From positions 1-64,000 of the forward strand of contig JABIHA010000118.1 of NCBI GenBank assembly GCA_018649885.1: a stretch of DNA of 64,000 bases, in the 5' to 3' direction. The position numbers were made by a program, and so were the translations under genes. Source of the stretch: Bacteriovoracaceae bacterium (GTDB lineage Bacteria > Bdellovibrionota > Bacteriovoracia > Bacteriovoracales > Bacteriovoracaceae). The notes beneath the pieces were generated by a model. It was not told where the DNA came from. It saw only the letters and a list, made by a program, of their open reading frames with translations, and did not search any database. Position 1 is the stretch's first letter. Every line of letters begins with the position of its first letter. Of this stretch, positions 1 through 9,112 are shown in pieces.

Positions 1-21
1 CTCCTCCTCCGATACAACGGG

Positions 22-203
22 ATGCTATTAAGCTTCGTGTCATATCAAAATGTGAGGTGGGTGACTTTTAGGCCGTTAAATGGCACTTACCCGGGTGACT
101 ATTGGACTGCTAAAACCAAATCAAGGGTCCGAATTTGAGATTTGACCCAATAGATGTTCAGAATTTTGTAGAAGAGCGGAAAAAGAGAGGGGCTAACCAT
201 TAG
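22..203 (+). pseudogene. decayed excisionase/HTH-like remnant
   Basis: Fragments in shifting frames (EVGDF; VTIGLLKP; IKGPNLRFDPIDVQNFVEERKKRGANH*) resemble Xis/HTH_17 proteins. Lies just upstream of the integrase; no intact ORF. Confidence 0.35.
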
Positions 204-376
204 TAATTTAGTCGAAATTCCAGCTACTTGTGCACTTGCTCCTATCATGTTAGCTGGGAGAGAGTATTGTTCTTTTACATTTGAATATAGTGATTGGCCG
301 GATTTAGTAAAAATCTGGAAGACGAGAAGACTGTTAGTTGTGAACTTCTTCTGCTTTGGCAGGAATGGAGATTACA

Positions 377-1642
377 ATGACTAAAAAACAAAAATACAGA
401 AAAATCGAAAAAGGTATACGTAAGAATCTTGGTAATGGGAAATACGGTATATACGGTTTGGTACATGGAGAAAAAATTCCTGAAAAGGAGTTTGTTTCAA
501 TGAAAGAAGCGAGAGAGTTTAGAAAGAGGTTTATTGCTTCAAGACAGTTAACTACTAAGTCTAGTTCTGAATCTTTTACAGGTGAAACAAATGAAGTTTA
601 CTTTGGTGATATATGGGAAATATATAGAAGAGAAAATGTAGATTCATGTACGACCACCTCTACTAGGCAAAATCGATTAGATAAAATTCCTTTTTTAGAA
701 GGACTCTTTAAGTTTAAGATTCATGATATTTCGTCTTTAGTTATTTCAGAGCATTTGGAAAATGAAAAAACAAAATGTTTATTAAAAGCTGAAGAGATAA
801 AAAGAAATGTCGAAAGTCGGGATGCAAAGAAAGCAAAACTTAACTTACCAATAGAACGCTATTCAAGAAGGTCCAACTTCAATGATGACTTGAAATTTTT
901 GAAGTGCCTCTTTAATTGGTACAGAGAGCGATTTGATGATACGAATTTTGGAAATCCCGTATTGAAGAAGCATAAAACTACTTCTGAAAATAAAGGTGCC
1001 GGATTTATAAAATTACCTCATCAGAAAGAAAAAAAGATGTCGTCTGAAGAAATGTTTGCATTTTGGAAAGCTTTTACACCTCAAAATTCTATTTATCATG
1101 ACCTTGCAGTGATGCAGTACTATTTACTTAATAGGATACAGGAGCCCTGCGGGCTTCAGGTTCAAGATATCAGCCTAAAGTTTAAAAAACTGTGGATTCG
1201 ACATGTTTGTATTTGGGGCCAAGATAAGAAATTTCTTGAACTAAAAATTGGTACAAAGAATGGAGAACATAAACCTGTATTCTTAAATGAGACCTTGATT
1301 GAAATAATTGAGAGGCGCTTATTGGTCAGAGACCCTGAGTGTAACTTTTTATTTCAGATTGATGGTGAGCCTTTGAACTATAGGTCTGTTCAGTACCAAT
1401 ATAATAAGGCCTTAAAGAGTGCGGGATTGTTTCCTCGGTTTTCAGCGACTCACTTTAACCGCTACAGTGCAGGTACTGCGATTCGCTCACTTACTGGTAG
1501 TTTGGATCATGCTCAGGCAAGTGGTCGCTGGAAAGATTCAGGTGTGGCGCAAGGCTATTGTGCTATTGACTATGAGCTTCAACAAGAGAGTACGGTCATA
1601 CTTGAAAAGCATATGCAGACTCATAATAAATCTCAGTCCTAA
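377..1642 (+). CDS. tyrosine recombinase / phage-type integrase
   Basis: Catalytic set: R (NRIQE), K (TKNG), HxxR (HFNR), GRW, Y (QGY). GGAG RBS before ATG 377; adjacent to a tRNA 3' end. Confidence 0.9.
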   Translation: MTKKQKYRKIEKGIRKNLGNGKYGIYGLVHGEKIPEKEFVSMKEAREFRKRFIASRQLTTKSSSESFTGETNEVYFGDIWEIYRRENVDSCTTTSTRQNRLDKIPFLEGLFKFKIHDISSLVISEHLENEKTKCLLKAEEIKRNVESRDAKKAKLNLPIERYSRRSNFNDDLKFLKCLFNWYRERFDDTNFGNPVLKKHKTTSENKGAGFIKLPHQKEKKMSSEEMFAFWKAFTPQNSIYHDLAVMQYYLLNRIQEPCGLQVQDISLKFKKLWIRHVCIWGQDKKFLELKIGTKNGEHKPVFLNETLIEIIERRLLVRDPECNFLFQIDGEPLNYRSVQYQYNKALKSAGLFPRFSATHFNRYSAGTAIRSLTGSLDHAQASGRWKDSGVAQGYCAIDYELQQESTVILEKHMQTHNKSQS

Positions 1643-1697
1643 CTATTTCAGTTAAATTTTTTTGTTCGTAAGAAAAATGGCACTCCTAAGTGTTTTT

Positions 1698-1751
1698 TTC
1701 TGGGTAAATTTTGAAATTTAATTTGGAATTATTCTGGGTAATTCTGGGTAA
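1698..1751 (+). repeat. 3x TTCTGGGTAA direct repeat (putative integrase arm sites)
   Basis: Exact copies at 1698-1707, 1732-1741 and 1742-1751. Confidence 0.7.
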
Positions 1752-1753
1752 GC

Positions 1754-1782
1754 AAAAAAAAAGCCCGTGATAACACGGGCTT
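1754..1782 (-). terminator. intrinsic terminator after the tRNA pair
   Basis: AAGCCCGTG-ATAA-CACGGGCTT hairpin with a U-run on the minus strand. Confidence 0.85.
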
Positions 1783-1791
1783 CTTATAAAA

Positions 1792-1869
1792 TGGTACTCC
1801 CAAGGGGATTCGAACCCCTGTTACCGCCGTGAAAAGGCGGTGTCCTAGACCGGGCTAGACGATGGGAGC
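1792..1869 (-). tRNA. tRNA-Glu(TTC)
   Basis: GCTCCCATCGTCTAG...CCGCC-TTTTCAC-GGCGG...GGTTCGAATCC...GAGTACCA. Confidence 0.97.
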
Positions 1870-1906
1870 AATTTTCTCATTATACTAGCGAAGATTTTTT
1901 CAAGAG

Positions 1907-1983
1907 TGGTGATCCCGCTGTGACTCGAACACAGGACACCCTCCTTAAAAGGGAGGTGCTCTAACCAACTGAGCTACGGGACC
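1907..1983 (-). tRNA. tRNA-Lys(TTT)
   Basis: GGTCCCGTAGCTCAGTTGG...CCTCC-CTTTTAA-GGAGG...GTTCGAGTC...GATCACCA. Confidence 0.97.
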
Positions 1984-2133
1984 AATCTCTTTGAAAAATC
2001 GAATTAAAAATTAAGTTTTTACGGTTATATGTCAACGTTTTAGTCGGGTGAGATTTCATCTATTTCTTGCCATTGAGGGGGAAATTCATTATTTTTGCAC
2101 TCTCGCGAAGCAATATGAGTATGAGGATTTTCT

Positions 2134-3441
2134 TTGGAAGGCAGTGTGACAAGTCAAATTGAACAAAAAAAGGTGGCCCTCCACACTTTGGGTTGTCGTC
2201 TCAATTTTTCAGAGACCGGTACAATTGCTGGAGGTTTTACTGAGAGAGGCTATGCGCTTGTGCCCTTTGGGGACAAGGCTGACGTGGTTTTTATCAATAC
2301 ATGTACTGTCACCGACCAAGCCGATTCAAGCTGCAGAAACCTCATAAGAAAGGCCCATAGAAGTTCTCCCGATGGGCAAATCGTAGTGGCTGGGTGCTAC
2401 GCACAAATGGAAGCCGAAACTATTGCTAAAATGCAAGGTGTCGATTTAGTTTTGGGCACTCAAGAAAAATATAAAGTTTTCGATTTTTTAGAAGATGCCC
2501 AAAAAGACATTATTCATATTGATACAAGTAATGATTTTTGGGGGGCGAATACCACCATTTCAGAAGGCCATACTAGGGCCTTCTTGAAAATCCAGGATGG
2601 TTGTAACTATATATGTTCATTTTGTATCATTCCCTTTGCTAGGGGGCGGTCTAGGGCCATCTCCATCCACGAGGCCACCGCTAAGGCCGAAACACTGGCA
2701 GCACAAGGATTTAAGGAAATAATCCTAACTGGGGTCAATATTGGTGAATATGAGCACAAAAGTGGAGAGAAGCTTTCTAATCTTCTTGCTGCCATTGATA
2801 AAATCGATGGAATTGAGCGCATCAGGCTGAGCTCAGTTGAGCCCAATACCATAACTGATGAGTTGCTTGAGGTGATGAAATCATCTCCGAAATTTTTAGA
2901 TCACTTTCATGTGCCGCTTCAAAGTGCAGATCCTGAAATTTTAGAGTCCATGCGAAGAAAGTACACTATAGAGAAATACGGCTCAGTAATCAGCAAAATT
3001 AAAGATGCCTTTCCAGAAGCCGCCATAGGCGCAGATATCATAACTGGATATCCCGGGGAAAGTGAAGAGCAGTTTGAGCAAACTTTTGAATATTTGAAGA
3101 GCTCACCGATTACTCATTTTCATGTATTTCCTTTTTCTTCAAGAAAGGGAACAACGGCTGCTGGTCTTGAAGGCCGAATCCAGTCTGGTGAAAAAAAGAG
3201 AAGGGTTAAAACACTGATTGGTTTGGGAGAGTTTAAGTTAGCAGAATTTTCAAGAAAGCTTATTGGAAAAAAATGTAGTGTTTTATTTGAAAGAGAAAAC
3301 CAAAGTGGATATTTTGAAGGCTACACTTCAAATTTTGTCAGAGTGTGGGTTAAATCCTCTCAAGATCTAAAAAATCAGATATTCGAAGTTCTTCCTCAGA
3401 GCTTTTCAGAAGGCCATTTAACAGGTGAATTACTGCAGTAG
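2134..3441 (+). CDS. mtaB: tRNA t6A37 methylthiotransferase
   Basis: TLGCRLN, INTCTVT, GCYAQ, radical SAM GCNYICSFC, C-terminal TRAM domain. Confidence 0.93.
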   Translation: MEGSVTSQIEQKKVALHTLGCRLNFSETGTIAGGFTERGYALVPFGDKADVVFINTCTVTDQADSSCRNLIRKAHRSSPDGQIVVAGCYAQMEAETIAKMQGVDLVLGTQEKYKVFDFLEDAQKDIIHIDTSNDFWGANTTISEGHTRAFLKIQDGCNYICSFCIIPFARGRSRAISIHEATAKAETLAAQGFKEIILTGVNIGEYEHKSGEKLSNLLAAIDKIDGIERIRLSSVEPNTITDELLEVMKSSPKFLDHFHVPLQSADPEILESMRRKYTIEKYGSVISKIKDAFPEAAIGADIITGYPGESEEQFEQTFEYLKSSPITHFHVFPFSSRKGTTAAGLEGRIQSGEKKRRVKTLIGLGEFKLAEFSRKLIGKKCSVLFERENQSGYFEGYTSNFVRVWVKSSQDLKNQIFEVLPQSFSEGHLTGELLQ

Positions 3442-3891
3442 CTACAGTGTAGCTTCGGTGTAGCTTTGTTTCACAAAGTGGCTAGTGTTGATATAATGCA
3501 TTTTTTCAAGTTTACGGTAGAGATCCAAGTATTTTGATTTTTCATTTTGCCAAGCAGGTAGCTTAATCTTATGGAGCTTTTTATATGAATCAATTGCTGC
3601 GAACAAAACTTGGTTGGTTTCAAATAATTGCCAAATCTCATTACTTGAAAGTTTTAAACTATTGTCTAATATATAACTTTTTAAATTGCCCATCGATGAT
3701 TTAAGATCACCTATTCTTTCAGCTTCTTGCTGTAAAAATTCACTCTTAATGACTTCCATTCTTTTTTCACTAAAACTTTTGTGTCCTGCTTTTTCATTGA
3801 TTTCCCAATAGAGGCTAAGACCCATAATAACTATGACGAATAACTTTAACGAAAAAAGAACTTTGATGTAAAAACTTTTTGTAACTTCCAT
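3442..3891 (-). CDS. hypothetical membrane-anchored protein
   Basis: ORF with an N-terminal TM helix; GGAGGG RBS before ATG 3891. Confidence 0.7.
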   Translation of the reverse strand: MEVTKSFYIKVLFSLKLFVIVIMGLSLYWEINEKAGHKSFSEKRMEVIKSEFLQQEAERIGDLKSSMGNLKSYILDNSLKLSSNEIWQLFETNQVLFAAIDSYKKLHKIKLPAWQNEKSKYLDLYRKLEKMHYINTSHFVKQSYTEATL

Positions 3892-3951
3892 GTATTCCCT
3901 CCTTGGATTGAAATGAATGACCTCCGAGTCATTTGCGCACACTATGAATAA

Positions 3952-3967
3952 AGCAAGTTAGAGGCCA
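3952..3967 (-). promoter_or_regulatory. putative sigma54 promoter
   Basis: TGGCCTCTAACTTGCT (GG-N10-GC) about 60 bp upstream of ATG 3891. Confidence 0.55.
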
Positions 3968-4046
3968 ACTCTAACTATCCAATAATAGGTAACTCGTGGT
4001 GCGTTAGGTACCCGGAATCTATCCAGAGCCCCCGTGAACTGATAAG

Positions 4047-4709
4047 TTGTCTCCCATGAATAAAACAGAACGCGCCAATTGGATTTCAGATCAGCTTGAA
4101 AAACTTTTCCCCGAAACGCCTATTCCCTTAGATCATAGTGATTCTTTTACACTGCTCATTGCTGTGCTTTTATCTGCTCAATGCACTGATGTGAGGGTTA
4201 ACACCGTGACTCCGAAACTATTCAAGAGGGCAAATACTCCAAAAAAGATGATTAAATTATCTGTGGAGGAAATTGAGGACATTGTAAGGCCTTGTGGACT
4301 GGCACCAAGGAAAGCCCGGGCCATTCACACTCTTTCTCATATTATCTTAGATAAGCATGGAGGGCTCGTTCCTGAGAGTTTTGAGGAGCTAGAAGAGCTA
4401 CCTGGTGTGGGTCATAAAACGGCTTCAGTAGTAATGTCACAGGCCTTTGGACACCCGGCATTTCCAGTGGACACCCATATTCACCGGCTGGCCCAGCAGT
4501 GGGAACTTACCAGTGGCAAAAATGTGGTTCAAACTGAAAAAGATTTGAAACGATGCTTTGATGAAAGTAAGTGGAATAAGCTTCATCTTCAGATCATTTT
4601 CTACGGTAGGGAGTTCTGCAAGGCCAGAAGCTGTGACGGTCTTAGCTGTAGATTTTGTGAAGAGTTATTCCCATCTAGAGTTCGTGCACGAAAGTATAAA
4701 AAGGCATAG
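4047..4709 (+). CDS. nth: endonuclease III
   Basis: LLSAQCTD, HhH LPGVGHKTA, VDTH, C-terminal Cys cluster. Confidence 0.95.
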   Translation: MSPMNKTERANWISDQLEKLFPETPIPLDHSDSFTLLIAVLLSAQCTDVRVNTVTPKLFKRANTPKKMIKLSVEEIEDIVRPCGLAPRKARAIHTLSHIILDKHGGLVPESFEELEELPGVGHKTASVVMSQAFGHPAFPVDTHIHRLAQQWELTSGKNVVQTEKDLKRCFDESKWNKLHLQIIFYGREFCKARSCDGLSCRFCEELFPSRVRARKYKKA

Positions 4710-4729
4710 TCAGCTAATCTATACTGCGA

Positions 4730-5395
4730 TCAGTATAAAGTTGTGCGAGTGGGCTTTCCCATAATTTGAGATTCAATTTCATTCATAACAAGTCTCATCG
4801 TTTCTCTATAGCCCAGTAGTGGGTGGTAGCAAGAAATATCATATCCTGGGAGTTTAATTGTCTGGAGCTTAATGGTGTTGAAGTAAGTTGACCTTCCGTT
4901 TTTGTAGATAAACATAGTTTCTGAGTAGGTATATCGATTTCCATTTTTTGTTTTCCCTGAGTTATTTAAATTGGGGAACACTTTTAGCCCTTCAGTATCT
5001 TTATAGATATATTTTTTGTCACTTTCAATGAGGTCGTTCATTCCAAATTGAGAGCCAATTCGACAAAAAATATAGCCAGCATCTTTGATTTTAATCTTAA
5101 GAGTCTCATCTTGGTACTTATCACTAAAGCTGGCACTTATTGCGCCGTTGGATGGAATACTGATTTGCTTTTTTAGATATTGGCTTTCGATGGGAAAATA
5201 TCTTAGGTTTTTGGCCTCCCTATATGCGTAAGGGCCAAGGCTAGAAACCCTTTTTAGGTAAAAATTGACATGCTCGGATCTGGTAATATCTTCGTTTGTG
5301 TTGGGCACTACAATTACATCACCTGTGTCTACCTCAGTGGTAGAGCAAGAACAAAGCGCTAAACTGAGGATAGTCAGTATTAAAATCTCTCTCAT
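4730..5395 (-). CDS. hypothetical lipoprotein
   Basis: Lipobox LCSC after a hydrophobic leader. Confidence 0.75.
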   Translation of the reverse strand: MREILILTILSLALCSCSTTEVDTGDVIVVPNTNEDITRSEHVNFYLKRVSSLGPYAYREAKNLRYFPIESQYLKKQISIPSNGAISASFSDKYQDETLKIKIKDAGYIFCRIGSQFGMNDLIESDKKYIYKDTEGLKVFPNLNNSGKTKNGNRYTYSETMFIYKNGRSTYFNTIKLQTIKLPGYDISCYHPLLGYRETMRLVMNEIESQIMGKPTRTTLY

Positions 5396-5473
5396 GGCCA
5401 GAGCCTATCAACTTAAAAATAGAGCTTCCATAGCTTTGAAAAAAATATACAATGATTCAAGGAGTTTAATGGA

Positions 5474-7243
5474 ATGCAAAAAATCAGCCATCTTTTGGCC
5501 TTATTACCCCTAATTTTAATGGGTTGTTCATCTTCTGGACTTCGTCCAATTGAAGAGGTTTGGGATGATACCAACTTTGAAAGTGAAGAATTATCTTTCA
5601 TTTATAAGAGGAGATGTTTTAGAGAAACAACGTTTTTTCTAGGCTGTGTTGATGGACTCAATCTTGTGCTCTTAGATAAGAAGAGCAAGCTTCTTCTTAT
5701 TCCAAGAAAAAATTTTAAAAAACTCACAAGATTTATAAATAAAGAGGCAAACCAAAAGATTTTGGGATCAAATAGTAGTTGGTTAAGTGATTTTATGATC
5801 GTTAATAGCTCTGAAGGATTCATCAAATCATTTTCAAAATTATTTTCCAGGTGGCCAGGAAGATTTAGAAATATCTACACACGTGCATGGATTGACCATT
5901 ATAATTTGGGCAAAGAAATTAAACTCTATGAGCTGTTAGGTAAGGTCATAAGCTTTGCAAAAGAAAAGGGTATTTGGACTGAAGCAAATGATTCTTTTTA
6001 CGCTTCAAAAATATATAATATATTTCTTTCAACATCTATTGATAGGTACTCTTATTTAACTCCTATAGATAAAAAACTCAAACCCAGTGACTCACAAGGA
6101 TTTGAAAAAATACTGGGGATGTACTTTACACTAGATAAAAATAAGAAGGCATTAGAAATAAAAACAGTGGTCCCAGGCAGTGCAATAGAAGAGGCCAAGC
6201 TGTACTATAAAGATAAAATCATGGCCTATAAAGTAAATGGTGAAGATCCATTTATCTATATAAAAGATAGTGGGTTTGATAAAGCTCTAGAGGATATACA
6301 AAACCCAGAGAGTGAAAAGTTTACTTTTTTAATAAAACCATTTCATGGGAAGAAAGAGAAAACGCTCAATATTGAAAAGAAGGGGTTTAAAAGGGATTTA
6401 ATTCAAAAAAAGGCTCTATCAGTAAAGAAGAAAAAAGTACTTTATTTAAAGCTCTTGAGTTTTAGATCAAATGAGCTTTGCAAGAGTTTTGAAAAATGGC
6501 CAAAGGAGTTGGCCGGGTTTGATGCGATGGTTTTAGACCTTAGAGATAATCCCGGAGGGTATGTTGAGGCAGCATCTTGCCTTGCCAGTATTTTTCTTGG
6601 TGAAGTAAGTTTGATCTTAACTTTGAGAGAACTTAAATATGGTATGGACAAGCCCACTGTTTTTAGTGGCGTCAGTAAATACTTTTCAAACAATAGATTC
6701 GGCAATATTAAAATACCTCTGATCATTTTACAAAATGAAGATTCAGCTTCAGCTTCAGAAATTGTGGCAGGAGCACTTAAAGACCATAATAGGGCCATTA
6801 TTGTAGGTAAAACCTCTTATGGTAAAGGGACAGCTCAATCCAATCTCTACGAGCACGACCTGGTTCCCTATGCCAGAAAAAATCTCGATGTGCTATTTTA
6901 TACAACTAAGGGATTAAGTTTTAGACCTTCAGGAGAGTTGATAAACTATGAAGGTGTTCACCCTGATTTTATTGTTGATGAATTTTTAAAAAAGAAAAAA
7001 AAGAAATTTGAACTGCAGAGTTGGCTTGATAATAGTTATGATTTAAAGGTGAAAATCAAAGGTAAGAAAACCCGGCCTGTTAATAAAAAAAGTCTAGTGA
7101 CGGGGAAAATCAGAAGATGTGTTAGAAAAAGAAAACGCTCTAGTATAAGAAGGTATCGAAAAGAAGATAAACAACTTAAAAGGTTGTCCTCACCTGATTT
7201 TCAATTAATGCGCTCGCTTGATATTTTTCACTGTATTTTATAG
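5474..7243 (+). CDS. S41 carboxyl-terminal protease, lipoprotein
   Basis: Lipobox LMGC, PDZ-like segment, LDLRDNPGG, SASASE, SYGKG. Confidence 0.9.
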   Translation: MQKISHLLALLPLILMGCSSSGLRPIEEVWDDTNFESEELSFIYKRRCFRETTFFLGCVDGLNLVLLDKKSKLLLIPRKNFKKLTRFINKEANQKILGSNSSWLSDFMIVNSSEGFIKSFSKLFSRWPGRFRNIYTRAWIDHYNLGKEIKLYELLGKVISFAKEKGIWTEANDSFYASKIYNIFLSTSIDRYSYLTPIDKKLKPSDSQGFEKILGMYFTLDKNKKALEIKTVVPGSAIEEAKLYYKDKIMAYKVNGEDPFIYIKDSGFDKALEDIQNPESEKFTFLIKPFHGKKEKTLNIEKKGFKRDLIQKKALSVKKKKVLYLKLLSFRSNELCKSFEKWPKELAGFDAMVLDLRDNPGGYVEAASCLASIFLGEVSLILTLRELKYGMDKPTVFSGVSKYFSNNRFGNIKIPLIILQNEDSASASEIVAGALKDHNRAIIVGKTSYGKGTAQSNLYEHDLVPYARKNLDVLFYTTKGLSFRPSGELINYEGVHPDFIVDEFLKKKKKKFELQSWLDNSYDLKVKIKGKKTRPVNKKSLVTGKIRRCVRKRKRSSIRRYRKEDKQLKRLSSPDFQLMRSLDIFHCIL

Positions 7244-7257
7244 TCTGAGTAGACGTT

Positions 7258-7392
7258 TCAGATATTTTTAAAAAGATAGCTCCAAATAAAACCCCTGCCT
7301 GTTAGCTCTAGTATGGCATCAATACCCAGGATTCCCTGGAACAATAATATTACTTTAAAGGCAACGCCTGTGAACCTATCTCTATCTTTCAT
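7258..7392 (-). CDS. 44-aa small membrane protein, paralog of 7484..7693
   Basis: MKDRDRFTGVAFKVILLFQGILGIDAILELTGRGFIWSYLFKNI; shares KDR..F..LG.DAIL..G.I with its neighbour. Confidence 0.6.
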   Translation of the reverse strand: MKDRDRFTGVAFKVILLFQGILGIDAILELTGRGFIWSYLFKNI

Positions 7393-7483
7393 TGAAAATT
7401 AGTGCAAACCATGTGATTTGTTTCCCCGCTAATAGTATAGAATTGAAGTAGTAAATCACCAATATGAAGATAATTCCTCTTGC

Positions 7484-7693
7484 TTAGCCTGTGAAGCTAA
7501 GAAGAGTTTTGAAAATATAGCCTGAGTCGTAGTAAGTGAGAATAGCATCTAGACCTAGTAGTAGTTCTGCAGCGATTAAAATTGAAAACGAAATATTTAC
7601 ACCTCTATCTTTAACTCTATTCAGATTTTTGGGCGCATCGAATTCATCATGATCTTCATGGACGTCAAAATTCTCATTTTCATTATCGCTCAT
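7484..7693 (-). CDS. small membrane protein
   Basis: 69 aa with an acidic N-terminus and a TM helix; AGGT RBS. Confidence 0.7.
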   Translation of the reverse strand: MSDNENENFDVHEDHDEFDAPKNLNRVKDRGVNISFSILIAAELLLGLDAILTYYDSGYIFKTLLSFTG

Positions 7694-7843
7694 ACCTATA
7701 TCCTAAGATACTCACTAAAATCGTTGATACTATTCTAAAGCAAATTTATGGGCTTATAAAATTCGGGCACCTACAAATGAACTGGAGGTGAAAATTTCTT
7801 AAATCCGCCCCAGCTATGAGGCGAATTTAAAAATATTTTTTAT

Positions 7844-9112
7844 TTAGAAATACTCTTTTCTGAAGGATATTTGTGATCTCTCTGGGCCGTAGGCCAAGAT
7901 GCCTACAGGGACGCCCACAAACTCTTCGATGATATCAATGTACTCACCCAGTTCTGTTGAGAGCTCTCCATTTTCAAAAGTGTCATTGAATGGTGTCATA
8001 TCTCTATAAACAGGTTTTACTTTTTCTAGGTCAAGTCCTGGGAAGGCCGTCTCATAAATTTCACCTTCATACTCATACCCGACACAGACCTTTAACTCGT
8101 CAAGTCCTGATAAAATATCGAGCTTAGTCACTGCAAGAGACGTAAGGTTGGATACTTTTGCTGAGTATTTAAGAAGGGGAAGATCTAGCCATCCACATCT
8201 TCTTCGTCTTCCAGTTGTGGCACCGAACTCGTGACCTTTGGTCTGAATAAGCTCGCCCATATCGTTAAGCTGCTCAGTTGGAAATGGACCAGTACCGACT
8301 CTTGTGGTGTAGGCCTTAACAATACCAACGCTTTCATCAAGTTGCTTTCCTGGAAGCCCAGCACCTGTATAGACACCACCACTACTTGTATTTGAAGAAG
8401 TGACAAATGGATAGGATCCATAATCGATATCGAGTAGGACTCCCTGTGCACCTTCAAATAGTATTTTCCTTCCAGCTTTAACAGCGTCGTCAATTAATCC
8501 AAATGTATCGGCCACAAATGGCTTCAATATTTTTCCGAGTTCAAATAATTTCTTTGCTTCTTCTTTGCATGATGGATATTCGCACTTGTAGAGGTTATCA
8601 AAGAGAAATTTCTTCTCCATAATTTGCTCTTCAAGTCTTGCTTCAAGGTTTTCTAGGTCGAATAGGTCCTTTATTTTTATTCCACGACGACTAATTTTGT
8701 CTTCATAACAAGGGCCTATACCTTTTTTGGTAGTACCAATCTTGGTGCCTGAACCTTCTTCTCTAATTCCATCGATAATTTTATGGTAGGAAGTTATAAC
8801 TGCAGCACCAAGAGAAATTTTTAAATTATCTCCAGTAATTTCTGTCGCTGCTCTAACTTCCTCTAGTTCTACTAAAAAGGCCTCTGGATCAAATACAACT
8901 CCATGTCCTATAATAGAAAGGCAATTCTTATGTAAAACTCCAGATGGAATAACGTGAAGTATCGTTTTCACATCACCGACAATAATTGTATGACCGGCGT
9001 TATTTCCCCCTTGAAAACGGACAACAAGATCTGCTTTTTGTCCGAAATAATCTGAAATTTTTCCTTTTCCTTCGTCTCCCCACTGGGCGCCAATAATGGC
9101 AAGTGATTTCAT
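7844..9112 (-). CDS. purA: adenylosuccinate synthetase
   Basis: GAQWGDEGKGK, GGNNAGHT, EGAQG, GATTGRRRRCGW. Confidence 0.98.
   Translation of the reverse strand: MKSLAIIGAQWGDEGKGKISDYFGQKADLVVRFQGGNNAGHTIIVGDVKTILHVIPSGVLHKNCLSIIGHGVVFDPEAFLVELEEVRAATEITGDNLKISLGAAVITSYHKIIDGIREEGSGTKIGTTKKGIGPCYEDKISRRGIKIKDLFDLENLEARLEEQIMEKKFLFDNLYKCEYPSCKEEAKKLFELGKILKPFVADTFGLIDDAVKAGRKILFEGAQGVLLDIDYGSYPFVTSSNTSSGGVYTGAGLPGKQLDESVGIVKAYTTRVGTGPFPTEQLNDMGELIQTKGHEFGATTGRRRRCGWLDLPLLKYSAKVSNLTSLAVTKLDILSGLDELKVCVGYEYEGEIYETAFPGLDLEKVKPVYRDMTPFNDTFENGELSTELGEYIDIIEEFVGVPVGILAYGPERSQISFRKEYF

Larger units (their letters stand above)
1..1810. mobile_element. edge of integrative element/prophage inserted at tRNA-Glu 3' end
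   Basis: Integrase convergent on the tRNA-Glu 3' end, with arm-like repeats between them. The other end would lie outside the window. Confidence 0.65.
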
